34,102 bases of DNA from an uncultured Bacillota bacterium (GTDB lineage: Bacteria > Bacillota_I > Bacilli_A > RF39 > UBA660): the NCBI GenBank assembly GCA_900313725.1, contig OMSK01000030.1, forward strand, positions 1 through 34,102. The letters run 5' to 3'. Positions within the stretch are counted from its first letter, which is position 1. Every line of letters starts with the position of its first letter. Shown here piece by piece: positions 19,258 through 27,982 of this stretch. The position numbers and the translations under genes are program-made. The notes under the pieces are model-generated. The model did not search any database. It had not been told where the DNA came from and saw only the letters and a program-made list of their open reading frames with translations.

Positions 19258-20869
19258 AATTTTTATCTATTTTAATTGTAAATTCATATGTTCCAGGTAA
19301 ATCTAATTCATCTGAATCAACTTTATAACCCATTCCCTCAATTTGTTTAATGCAATCTCTCATTGTATTAATTACAGTATTTAAATCTACTCTTTGTTGT
19401 TTATTATCAACTTCTGGCATTAAAGGAGTTAATTCTTGAGTTTCAGGTAATGGATAATTTGGTGTTGAAACAAATGGAGCTGGATTTACTTCTGGAATTG
19501 ATTGACTTGTTTCAAATGGATTAAATCCTCCTTGTGGTTGCTCTGGTGCTCCTCCAAATGGATTGAATGCTGGTGCCTCTTGTTGTACTGGTTCTGGTTG
19601 TGGTGCAGCTGGCGCTTCATTCATACTAAATGGATTAAATCCTCCTTGTGGTTGCTCTGGTGCACTAAATGGATTGAATGCTGGTGCCTCTTGTTGTACT
19701 GGTTCTGGTTGTGGTGCTGCAGGTGCTTCATTCATACTAAATGGATTAAATCCTCCTTGTGGTTGTTCTGGTGCTCCAAATGGATTGAATGCTGGTGCTT
19801 CTGGTTGTGCTGGTTCTGGTTGTGGTGCTGCTGGCACTTCATTCATACTAAATGGATTAAATCCTTGTGGTTGTTTTGGTGCTCCTCCAAATGGATTGAA
19901 TGCTGGTGCTTCTGGTTGTACTGGTTCTGGTTGTGGTGCTGCTGGTGCTTCATTCATACTAAATGGATTAAATCCTCCTTGTGGTTGTTCTGGTGCTCCA
20001 AATGGATTAAATGCTGGTTTTTCTGGTTGTACTGGTTCTTGAACACCAAATGGATTAAATGGTTCTTTTTCACCTACTCCATTATTTTGTACAGGTTGTA
20101 TATCTTGTGCATTATTTGCTATATTATCAATATTCATAAATCCAGGGTTTTGATTGTTATTTGAATTATCTATTATTGGTTCACTTGGTATATTAAAATT
20201 ATTATTTACTTCATTAAAATTATTATTCATATTATCACCTTTTTCTTCTTTTATTTCATTTTCGTTTGGATTCAATATACTATTAATTAATTGATCAGTT
20301 TTTCTAACTGTTAATCTTTCTTTAATTATTCTATTTAATATGTTTGGTTGTTCTTCTTTAGGCAATCTAAGTAATGATCTAGCATGTCTTTCAGATATTT
20401 GTTCTTCTAATAATGCTTCTTGAACTTCATCAGAAAGATTTAATAATCTTAACTTATTAGCTATAGTTGATTGAGTTTTTCCTAATTTAATTGCTAATTC
20501 TGATTGATTTAAATATCCCATATCAAGAATTTTTTTATAAGATAGTGCTTCTTCTATAGGTGTCATATCTTGTCTTTGAACATTTTCAGTTAATGCAACC
20601 TCAGCACTCTCTTTATCATCTATATCAGTTATAATTGCTGGTATAGTTTTTCTTCCAGCAATAACGCTTGCTTTATATCTTCTTTCTCCAGCTATTATTT
20701 CATATTTATCTGCAATTTTTCTAACAATTATTGGTTGAATAACACCATGTTTTTTTATTGATTCAGATAATTCTAAAATAGCTTTTTCATCGAATTTTAT
20801 TCTAGGTTGAAATCTATTTGGCAAGATATCATCGATATTAAGAATAAATACTTCTTTACGCATTCTCAT
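19256..20869 (-). CDS. noc: Noc-like ParB-family CTPase with large low-complexity insertion
   Basis: FQPR, IIAGERRYKA, ENVQRQD; HTH GKTQSTIANKLRLL..SERHARSL and C-terminal NTMRDCIKQIEGMG..EFTIKI are Noc-type; located after rsmG; start probably 20869 behind GAGGGG (ORF track start 20896). Confidence 0.8.
   Translation of the reverse strand: MRMRKEVFILNIDDILPNRFQPRIKFDEKAILELSESIKKHGVIQPIIVRKIADKYEIIAGERRYKASVIAGRKTIPAIITDIDDKESAEVALTENVQRQDMTPIEEALSYKKILDMGYLNQSELAIKLGKTQSTIANKLRLLNLSDEVQEALLEEQISERHARSLLRLPKEEQPNILNRIIKERLTVRKTDQLINSILNPNENEIKEEKGDNMNNNFNEVNNNFNIPSEPIIDNSNNNQNPGFMNIDNIANNAQDIQPVQNNGVGEKEPFNPFGVQEPVQPEKPAFNPFGAPEQPQGGFNPFSMNEAPAAPQPEPVQPEAPAFNPFGGAPKQPQGFNPFSMNEVPAAPQPEPAQPEAPAFNPFGAPEQPQGGFNPFSMNEAPAAPQPEPVQQEAPAFNPFSAPEQPQGGFNPFSMNEAPAAPQPEPVQQEAPAFNPFGGAPEQPQGGFNPFETSQSIPEVNPAPFVSTPNYPLPETQELTPLMPEVDNKQQRVDLNTVINTMRDCIKQIEGMGYKVDSDELDLPGTYEFTIKIDKN
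19514..20063. repeat. intragenic tandem repeat, 111-bp (37 aa) unit, about 4.5-5 copies
   Basis: AAATGGATTAAATCC recurs at 19514, 19628, 19739, 19850 and 19961; encodes QPEPVQPEAPAFNPFGAPEQPQGGFNPFSMNEAPAAP. Confidence 0.95.
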
Positions 20870-20900
20870 AACTATCTTTCCCCTCTTTATTATCATATTA

Positions 20901-20929
20901 ATGATACTATAATTTTAGTAAAATAGCAA
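20901..20929 (-). promoter_or_regulatory. putative sigmaA promoter of the noc-like gene
   Basis: TTGCTA (20924-20929), 17 bp spacer, TATCAT (20901-20906); lies downstream of the rsmG terminator. Confidence 0.55.
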
Positions 20930-20945
20930 TATTTCCCGGGAAATA
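20930..20945. promoter_or_regulatory. Noc-binding site (NBS) perfect palindrome
   Basis: TATTTCCCGGGAAATA, identical to the Bacillus subtilis NBS consensus. Confidence 0.85.
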
Positions 20946-20958
20946 ATTTTAAAAATTT

Positions 20959-20984
20959 AAAAAAAAGACTATTTAAAGTCTTTT
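20959..20984 (-). terminator. intrinsic terminator after rsmG
   Basis: AAAAGACT-atttaa-AGTCTTTT with a T-run on the minus strand. Confidence 0.55.
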
Positions 20985-21677
20985 ATTTTTTATTTCACTA
21001 TTTTTTCTTGGATATTTTTTATTAGTTTTTTTAATTTTTTCTACCTTAATAATTGTTCTATTACTTTCTTCAATAGGTAGTTGAAATCTATCAATTTTTA
21101 TTATTTTAGAATCTAATTTTTCTAATGCATTCCTACTTTCTTCAATTTCAGTATCAATATTTGCTTTCATAGCTATAAAATATTTATTTATTTTAACCAT
21201 TGGAATACTATATTCTAATAAAACAGATAAATGAGCTACAGCTCGAGCTGTTACTATATCATATTTTTCAATATTACTTTTAGCAAATTCTTCTGCTCTA
21301 TCATGATATACTTCTATATTATCTAATTTTAATTCTTTTATAACCTCTTTTAAAAATTCTATTCTTTTATTTAATGAATCTACTAAAATAACTCTTAAAT
21401 TTGGAAAAACTATTTTAAGCACTAATCCAGGAAAACCTGCTCCTGTACCTATATCACATAATGATTTTTCTTGTTTTAAATCTACTACTTTTGATAATAT
21501 AAGAGAGTCATAAAAATGTTTTAAAAATACTTGTTCTTTATCAGTTATATTTGTTAAATTAAATTTTTCATTCCATTCTACTAATAATTCATAATATTTA
21601 TTTAATTGTTCTAATTGATTATCATTTAATTCTATATTAATCTTTTTTAATTCTTCAATAAATCTATTTTGATTCAT
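20973..21677 (-). CDS. rsmG: 16S rRNA m7G527 methyltransferase
   Basis: KHFYDS, DIGTGAGFPG, VTARAV. Confidence 0.96.
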   Translation of the reverse strand: MNQNRFIEELKKINIELNDNQLEQLNKYYELLVEWNEKFNLTNITDKEQVFLKHFYDSLILSKVVDLKQEKSLCDIGTGAGFPGLVLKIVFPNLRVILVDSLNKRIEFLKEVIKELKLDNIEVYHDRAEEFAKSNIEKYDIVTARAVAHLSVLLEYSIPMVKINKYFIAMKANIDTEIEESRNALEKLDSKIIKIDRFQLPIEESNRTIIKVEKIKKTNKKYPRKNSEIKNKRL

Positions 21678-23556
21678 TTGGATACTCCCTTTTTAAATAT
21701 ACAGCAAGTATTGATATATCACTTGGATTTACACCACTAATACGTAATGCTTGTCCTAATGATTCAGGTCTTACTTCTTCTAATTTTTGTTTTGCTTCAC
21801 TAGCTATATTTTTAACTTTTTGATAATCAATATCTTTAGGTATTTTTTTATTTTCCAATTTAATCATTTTTTCAGCATCTTTAATTGCTTTTTTTATATA
21901 ACCTTCATATTTTATTTCTATTTCTACTTGTTCTAATATACTTTCTTCATAATCTAAATCAATAAAATGTTTTATATTTTCCATATTTAATTCAGTTCTT
22001 TTAAGTAAATTATATAAACTAATACCATCTTTTATTGATGTTGAATTATTATCAATTAAATAATCATTAATTTCTTTTTTTGGAGTAATTCTAGTATTTT
22101 TTAATAAAGCAATTACTTCTTTTATTTTTTCTTTTTTATTTAGAAAATTATTATATCTTTCTTTATCAATTAAACCAACATTATATCCATATTCTCTTAA
22201 TCTTAAATCCGCATTATCACTTCTAAGTATTAGTCGGTATTCTGCTCTTGATGTTAATAATCTATATGGATCTCTTATTCCTTTTGTTACTAAATCGTCT
22301 ATTAATACACCAATATATGCTTCATTTCTTTTTAAAATTAATGGTTCTTTACCTTCTATTTTTAAAGATGCATTAATACCTGCTATTAATCCTTGTCCTG
22401 CTGCTTCTTCATATCCACTTGTTCCATTTATTTGTCCTGCTGTAAATAGATTTTCTAGTATTTTGTTTTCTAATGATAACTTCATTTGAGTTGGATAAAC
22501 TGCATCATATTCTATTGCATATGCATATTTTAATATTTTAGCATTTTCCAATCCCTTAATTGAATGAACCATTTTTTCTTGAACGTCATATGGCATTGAA
22601 GTTGAAAATCCCTGAATATATATAGTATCTTTATAATCTTCATTTTCATCTAATATACTTTCTGGTTCTAAAAACAATTGATGTCTTTCTTTATCTGCAA
22701 ATCTTACTACTTTATCTTCTATTGATGGACAATATCTAGGACCTACTCCAGTTATATCATCTAATCCACCATACATACTTGATTTATTTAAATTATCTCT
22801 AATTATTTTATGAGTTTCTTCAGTAGTATAAACTAAATGACATGGTATTTGTTCCTCTATTTTGTATGTTGGTTTTCTATCAAATGAAAATGATAATAAT
22901 TTATTATCTCCTTTTTCTTCTTTTGTTTGTGAATAATCAATTGTATTTTTATCAATTCTTTGAGGTGTTCCTGTTTTTAATCTAATTATTTTTAATCCAT
23001 ATTTTTTTAGATTATCACTTAAATAATTTGATGGTTTTTCTCCATGTGGACCTTCTCTTCTTCTTGTATCTCCTACCATAATATCTGCTTTTAAATATGT
23101 TCCAGTTGTAAGAATTACGGCTTGAGATTTTATTTTTTCTCCATTTTCTAAAATAATTCCTTTAACTTTATTTTCTTCTACAATTAAGTCTTCTACAATT
23201 GCTTCTTTTATCTCTAAATTATTAGTATTTTGTAAGGTGTTTAACATTTCTTTTGGATATGTTACTTTATCAGCTTGAGCTCTTAATGCCTGTACAGCGG
23301 GTCCTTTAGCACTATTTAACATTTTTATTTGAATTAAACTTTTATCTGCATTAACACCCATTTCTCCACCAAGGGCATCTATTTCTCTTACTACTATTCC
23401 TTTAGCACTTCCTCCAATAGAAGGATTACAAGGCATATCAGCTATATTATTAATATTTCCAGTAACCAATAAAGTTTTATGATTCATACGAGCTGATGAA
23501 AGAGCTGCTTCACAACCAGCATGTCCTCCACCTACAACAATTATTTCATAATCCAT
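21664..23556 (-). CDS. mnmG: tRNA uridine 5-carboxymethylaminomethyl modification enzyme MnmG (GidA)
   Basis: GGGHAGCEAA, CNPSIGG, GPRYCPSIEDK, GQINGTSGYEEAA. Confidence 0.97.
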   Translation of the reverse strand: MDYEIIVVGGGHAGCEAALSSARMNHKTLLVTGNINNIADMPCNPSIGGSAKGIVVREIDALGGEMGVNADKSLIQIKMLNSAKGPAVQALRAQADKVTYPKEMLNTLQNTNNLEIKEAIVEDLIVEENKVKGIILENGEKIKSQAVILTTGTYLKADIMVGDTRRREGPHGEKPSNYLSDNLKKYGLKIIRLKTGTPQRIDKNTIDYSQTKEEKGDNKLLSFSFDRKPTYKIEEQIPCHLVYTTEETHKIIRDNLNKSSMYGGLDDITGVGPRYCPSIEDKVVRFADKERHQLFLEPESILDENEDYKDTIYIQGFSTSMPYDVQEKMVHSIKGLENAKILKYAYAIEYDAVYPTQMKLSLENKILENLFTAGQINGTSGYEEAAGQGLIAGINASLKIEGKEPLILKRNEAYIGVLIDDLVTKGIRDPYRLLTSRAEYRLILRSDNADLRLREYGYNVGLIDKERYNNFLNKKEKIKEVIALLKNTRITPKKEINDYLIDNNSTSIKDGISLYNLLKRTELNMENIKHFIDLDYEESILEQVEIEIKYEGYIKKAIKDAEKMIKLENKKIPKDIDYQKVKNIASEAKQKLEEVRPESLGQALRISGVNPSDISILAVYLKREYPNESK

Positions 23557-23621
23557 AATCTCACCTCACTACGTTTAGTATTATACTATTTATTTTTTAT
23601 TTTAACAATAAAAAGATAGTA

Positions 23622-24104
23622 CTAAACATATTTTTTTATTTTAATACTATCTATTACCTTATTTATAAAATAATTTTCTTTTACATCATTATTAAAATTA
23701 TATGTTATATTTAAATCATAATTTTTTGATAATATTTTTAGAAAACATAAAATAGTTCTAGTATTTTCATCTAAAAATAATTGATATTCCCATAATTCAA
23801 ATATCTTATTTGGTAAATTATTTGTATCATTAAATATTAACATTTCTTTTATTTCTTGCAATAATTTATTTGCCTCTGTTATTAATGAATCAATATTTCT
23901 AATTTTGCAATATTCTAAATCATAAATATCATTAAATAAAAAGATATGTAATTTTTCTAAATAATCAGTACTAAAGATACTTTCACAATTAAATGTATAT
24001 GCTTCATTAATTAAATGATATTTATTATTAAATAAAATATATTCTATATTTGATAATTCCTTATCATTGTATATACCTAATTTGTTATTTTTTAATGAAT
24101 TCAT
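23622..24104 (-). CDS. degenerate Fic-domain-like protein
   Basis: YLEKLHIFLFNDIY..KIR and YQLFLDENTRT aligning with the Fic HPFxxGNGRxxR motif but lacking His and Gly. Confidence 0.55.
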   Translation of the reverse strand: MNSLKNNKLGIYNDKELSNIEYILFNNKYHLINEAYTFNCESIFSTDYLEKLHIFLFNDIYDLEYCKIRNIDSLITEANKLLQEIKEMLIFNDTNNLPNKIFELWEYQLFLDENTRTILCFLKILSKNYDLNITYNFNNDVKENYFINKVIDSIKIKKYV

Positions 24105-24105
24105 T

Positions 24106-25461
24106 TTATTTTCCTAAACAAAAATTTGCAAACATTTCATTTAATAAATTATCATTGTAACTTTCACCTAATATTTCATTTAATTTTTCACATGCATTTT
24201 TAATATCAATTTCTACCATATCAATTGGTATATTATTATTTATATTACTAATTGCTGATTCTATATTTTTTAATGATTCCTTTAATAATGCTATATCTTT
24301 CGCATTATTTAAATAAGTTAAATCTGATGTTTGAATTTTTTCTAAATTATATATTTCTTTTATTTTTAATTTTAATTTTGATAATCCTTCATTATTTAAT
24401 ACACTCATTTTAATGATATTATCTAATTTTAAATTATCTATATCTAATTTATTTTCAAGATCACATTTATTTATTACTATAATATAATTTTTATTTTTAA
24501 TCTTATTTAGTAAATCTATTTCTTCTTTTGTTATTTTTTCATTATTATTTAAAACAAATATTAATAAATCAGATTTATCAATTAATTCTATACTTTTTTC
24601 TACACCTATTTTTTCTACAGTATTATTAGTTTCTCTAATACCTGCGGTATCTAATATATTTAATATTATCCCATCAATTATTACTTGTCCTTCCACAATA
24701 TCTCTTGTTGTTCCCTCAATATCTGTAACAATTGCTTTTTCTTCTTCTAATAACATATTAAGTAAACTACTTTTACCTACATTTGGTTTACCAATAATTG
24801 AAGTTGTTATTCCATCTTTAATCAATTTTCCATCATAACTTTTTTTTATAATATCTTTCATTTCTTCTTTTAATGATTCTAAATCTGGTAATATTTTTTC
24901 ATTTGTTAAAACTTCTATATCATCATATTCTGGATAATCAATATTTACTTCTATGTTTGATAATATTTTTAATTCTTTATTTTTTAAATTTTTAATTATT
25001 TTTGATACTTCACCATTTAATCCATTTATTGCCATTTTTCTTGATTGTTCTGTTTTTGAATTAATTAAATCCATTACAGATTCAGCTTCAATTCTATCAA
25101 TTCTTCCATTTAAAAATGCTCTTTTTGTAAATTCTCCTGGTTCTGCTAATCTACAACCATTCATCAATAATATTTCGAGTATTTTATTTGTAATTGCTAT
25201 TCCACCATGACAATTAATTTCAACTACATCTTCCATAGTAAATGTCTTAGGTGCTTTCATAATACTTACTAATACTTCATCAATTATTTTATTATTTTCT
25301 ACTATTTTTCCATAATTAATAGTGTGTGATTCTACCTTTTCTAAATCTTTACCCTTAAATATTTTATTAACTATTTTAATTGATTCATTACCACTTACTC
25401 TTATTATGGAAATAGCTCCTACTCCACTTGCTGTTGAAATAGCACAAATTGTATCTTCCAT
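24106..25461 (-). CDS. mnmE: tRNA modification GTPase MnmE (TrmE)
   Basis: DTICAIST, GKPNVGKSS, GTTRD, DTAG, NKCD, C-terminal FCLGK; start moved to ATG 25461 behind AAGGAG. Confidence 0.97.
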   Translation of the reverse strand: MEDTICAISTASGVGAISIIRVSGNESIKIVNKIFKGKDLEKVESHTINYGKIVENNKIIDEVLVSIMKAPKTFTMEDVVEINCHGGIAITNKILEILLMNGCRLAEPGEFTKRAFLNGRIDRIEAESVMDLINSKTEQSRKMAINGLNGEVSKIIKNLKNKELKILSNIEVNIDYPEYDDIEVLTNEKILPDLESLKEEMKDIIKKSYDGKLIKDGITTSIIGKPNVGKSSLLNMLLEEEKAIVTDIEGTTRDIVEGQVIIDGIILNILDTAGIRETNNTVEKIGVEKSIELIDKSDLLIFVLNNNEKITKEEIDLLNKIKNKNYIIVINKCDLENKLDIDNLKLDNIIKMSVLNNEGLSKLKLKIKEIYNLEKIQTSDLTYLNNAKDIALLKESLKNIESAISNINNNIPIDMVEIDIKNACEKLNEILGESYNDNLLNEMFANFCLGK

Positions 25462-25495
25462 ATTACTCCTTTCTAAAAATAAACACATTAAGTGT

Positions 25496-26110
25496 TTATT
25501 TTTCTACATATCTTATAACAATATGTCTATCTTTTCCTTCTCCTTCACTTTCTGTACTTATATTTTCATAATCATTTAGTACATTGTGAATATATCTTCT
25601 TTCATATGAATTCATAGGATCTAATGACACATCTACCTTTGTTTTTTGAACTTCTCTTGCTATTTTCTTTATTTCTCTTTCTAATATTTTAAGTTTCTTT
25701 TCTTTATAATTACTTATATCAATATTTACTTTAATAACCATATCAGTTTTTACTTTAAGACTTTGTCTTAATAAATTTTGTATAGCTGTTAAATTTTTTC
25801 CTTCTTTACCTATTAATAAAGAGTTATTACTTGTTAATAATGTAACATTAAAACTATCATTTTTATATAAAATTTCAGTTTCAATATCAATATTCATAGA
25901 ATTACCTAATTCTTTAAAATAATCATTTATATATTCTTTAATATCTGATTTTTGTACAACATTTATAATTGTTTTTCCACTTTTAAATAATTTTCCTTCT
26001 ACTTTTTCACTATTATAAAATAAATTATTTTGTTCACAATTAAGTTCAACCATTGCTTTATTTAAAGCATCTTCTTCAGTTTTTCCCTCAAACTTATTTA
26101 TTTTTAGCAT
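25496..26110 (-). CDS. jag: RNA-binding protein Jag/EloR (Jag-N, KH, R3H)
   Basis: GKTEEDA, LIGKEGKNL, PMNSYERRYIH, SEGEG. Confidence 0.93.
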   Translation of the reverse strand: MLKINKFEGKTEEDALNKAMVELNCEQNNLFYNSEKVEGKLFKSGKTIINVVQKSDIKEYINDYFKELGNSMNIDIETEILYKNDSFNVTLLTSNNSLLIGKEGKNLTAIQNLLRQSLKVKTDMVIKVNIDISNYKEKKLKILEREIKKIAREVQKTKVDVSLDPMNSYERRYIHNVLNDYENISTESEGEGKDRHIVIRYVEK

Positions 26111-27044
26111 TTTCTTTACCTCTCTTAACTAATAAATTTTGTACTATTGTAAATAAACTTGTTGTTGTCCAATAGAAAGCAATACCAGTTGAAATAGAGA
26201 ATGCCATAATTGTCATCATTACCACCATTACTTTTGACATTGTTTTCATTTGTTTTTCTTGATCAGCACTCATTGAAGCACCTGAATTTAATTTAAATGA
26301 GAAATATGTTGATACAGATATTATTACAATAAATACTAAATATTTATAATCTCCTTTAGATACAGCATTCATTGGACTTAATCCTAAATCAAATCCTAAA
26401 AATTTTTCTTCAAATATTACTGGAATACGTAATATTGCTTCATAGAAAGCAAAGAATAATGGAATTTGAAATATTGAAAATAAACAAGTACTCATAGGAT
26501 TAATATCATATTTTTTATAAATCATCATCATTTCTTGTGATTTTTGCATTGTAGATTGTTGATCTTTTTTACCTTCATATTTTTTTTCTAATTTTTTAAG
26601 TTCAGGACCTGCTTTTTTCATATTTTCTGATTGCATTGCTGCTTTTTTAGTTAATGGATAAGCTATTAATCTAATAAATATAGTCGCAAGTATTAAACCT
26701 AAACCATAGTTTTTAACTACTCTACCAATTTGAATAATTATTATTGCGATTACTTTAACAAATATATTATCCCATAATCCATGATATTTACCTGACATAT
26801 TCATTTTTTCACATGTTGGTAATTTTTTAAGATTTACTTTTTTATTAGATTTTTTATTATATTGTTCATATAATTTTAACATATCTTTATCAGTTGGTTT
26901 ACATAATATATTAGTTACTAAACTTTGACCTGTTTTTTCATTTTTAACCATTTTTTTATCTACTTTACCATATTTAACGCATCCTGTTAGTGATGTAATA
27001 CATGTTAATACTACAAATAATTTTAATAATCTTTTCTTTTTCAT
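26094..27044 (-). CDS. yidC: membrane protein insertase YidC
   Basis: Lipobox LTGC; GLILATIFIRL, INPMSTCL..FQIP, FYWT; synteny rnpA-yidC-jag. Confidence 0.93.
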   Translation of the reverse strand: MKKKRLLKLFVVLTCITSLTGCVKYGKVDKKMVKNEKTGQSLVTNILCKPTDKDMLKLYEQYNKKSNKKVNLKKLPTCEKMNMSGKYHGLWDNIFVKVIAIIIIQIGRVVKNYGLGLILATIFIRLIAYPLTKKAAMQSENMKKAGPELKKLEKKYEGKKDQQSTMQKSQEMMMIYKKYDINPMSTCLFSIFQIPLFFAFYEAILRIPVIFEEKFLGFDLGLSPMNAVSKGDYKYLVFIVIISVSTYFSFKLNSGASMSADQEKQMKTMSKVMVVMMTIMAFSISTGIAFYWTTTSLFTIVQNLLVKRGKENAKNK

Positions 27045-27374
27045 TTAATTCTCCTTTATTTTAAGTGTTGATAAAATATAATTTAAATCTTCACTGTTTT
27101 GATTAAAGTCATTTTCTAAAAAACTTTTCCTTATTATTATAATACAATTAAACTTTTTTTCATAGATATTTTTAGAAATAATTTCTCTAACTTGTCTTTT
27201 AATTTTATTTCTAACAACTGCATTACCTAATTTTTTACTAACACTTATACCGAATTTATATACATTATCAGATTTTTCCACATATACCATAAAACCTTTG
27301 AATTTAAATGGTTTTTCTGCTTTAATGATTCTAATAAAATCTCTATTATCTTTTAATATATTTATTTTTTTCAT
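27045..27374 (-). CDS. rnpA: ribonuclease P protein component
   Basis: FGISVSKKLGNAVVRNKIKRQVRE; ATG 27374 preferred over ORF track start 27392. Confidence 0.93.
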   Translation of the reverse strand: MKKINILKDNRDFIRIIKAEKPFKFKGFMVYVEKSDNVYKFGISVSKKLGNAVVRNKIKRQVREIISKNIYEKKFNCIIIIRKSFLENDFNQNSEDLNYILSTLKIKEN

Positions 27375-27381
27375 ATATATC

Positions 27382-27410
27382 AAAAAAATCACTGTTAATA
27401 CAGTGATTTT
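27382..27410 (-). terminator. terminator-like hairpin between rpmH and rnpA
   Basis: AAAATCACTGT-taat-ACAGTGATTTT with T7 tail on the minus strand. Confidence 0.7.
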
Positions 27411-27411
27411 A

Positions 27412-27534
27412 TTAACGTGATAATACTTTACGTCCTTTTTTTCTTCTGTTATTTATAATATTAGTTTTCATTCTAGCAAAAAATCCTTGTTTTTTACTTC
27501 TTCTTCTATTATTTGGTTGATAAGTTCTTTTCAT
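27412..27534 (-). CDS. rpmH: 50S ribosomal protein L34 (not in ORF track)
   Basis: Translates to [40 protein letters not shown] (40 aa); AGGAGGTG RBS. Confidence 0.95.
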   Translation of the reverse strand: MKRTYQPNNRRRSKKQGFFARMKTNIINNRRKKGRKVLSR

Positions 27535-27577
27535 AGTACACCTCCTATAATATATAATTTATCGGCTTGCTCTTAAG

Positions 27578-27606
27578 ATTATATATGTTTTTTTATTATT
27601 TGTCAA
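27578..27606 (-). promoter_or_regulatory. rpmH sigmaA promoter
   Basis: TTGACA (27601-27606), 17 bp spacer, TATAAT (27578-27583). Confidence 0.85.
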
Positions 27607-27680
27607 TGAATTTTATTATTAAAATCAAAATAATTCATAGTAACATTATTTTATCAAATTTTTTTTAGAAAAAAAATAGT

Positions 27681-27924
27681 TGTTGATAATTTTATTTTAT
27701 TTAACATATTTTTTTACACATTAATTAATTTTCCACCATATAAATTTTATTTTAACCATTATTTTTTAATATTTTTTTATTTTCCACAATAAATGTAGAA
27801 AACTTTATTAACAATAAAAATATATGTTATTAATTTATCCACATATTTTGTGGATTACTACTTTTTATTTTATATTTTAATATTTTTTTATGGTGGAAAA
27901 CTTTTTATTTTATAATTTTCCACA
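27681..27924. other. oriC upstream DnaA-box cluster
   Basis: TTATCCACA 27835-27843; variants TGTTGATAA 27681, TTTTCCACC 27729, TTTTCCACA 27780 and 27916, TGTAGAAAA 27794, TGTGGATTA 27849, GGTGGAAAA 27892; gene strand switches here. Confidence 0.85.
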
Positions 27925-27982
27925 TTTTTTTGTTTATTTTTTAATAAATATAAGGTAAAATAAGTTTACAAGGTGATTAAGT

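Noticed and set aside
19514-20063. Possible CRISPR array
   Set aside because: Whole units are repeated with no unique spacers, the period is a multiple of 3 inside a CDS, and there are no cas genes
19502-20164. Plus-strand Trp/Cys-rich (220 aa) and Gly/Cys-rich (159 aa) repetitive ORFs
   Set aside because: Antisense shadows of the 111-bp repeat in noc; no RBS, and they run against the local gene orientation
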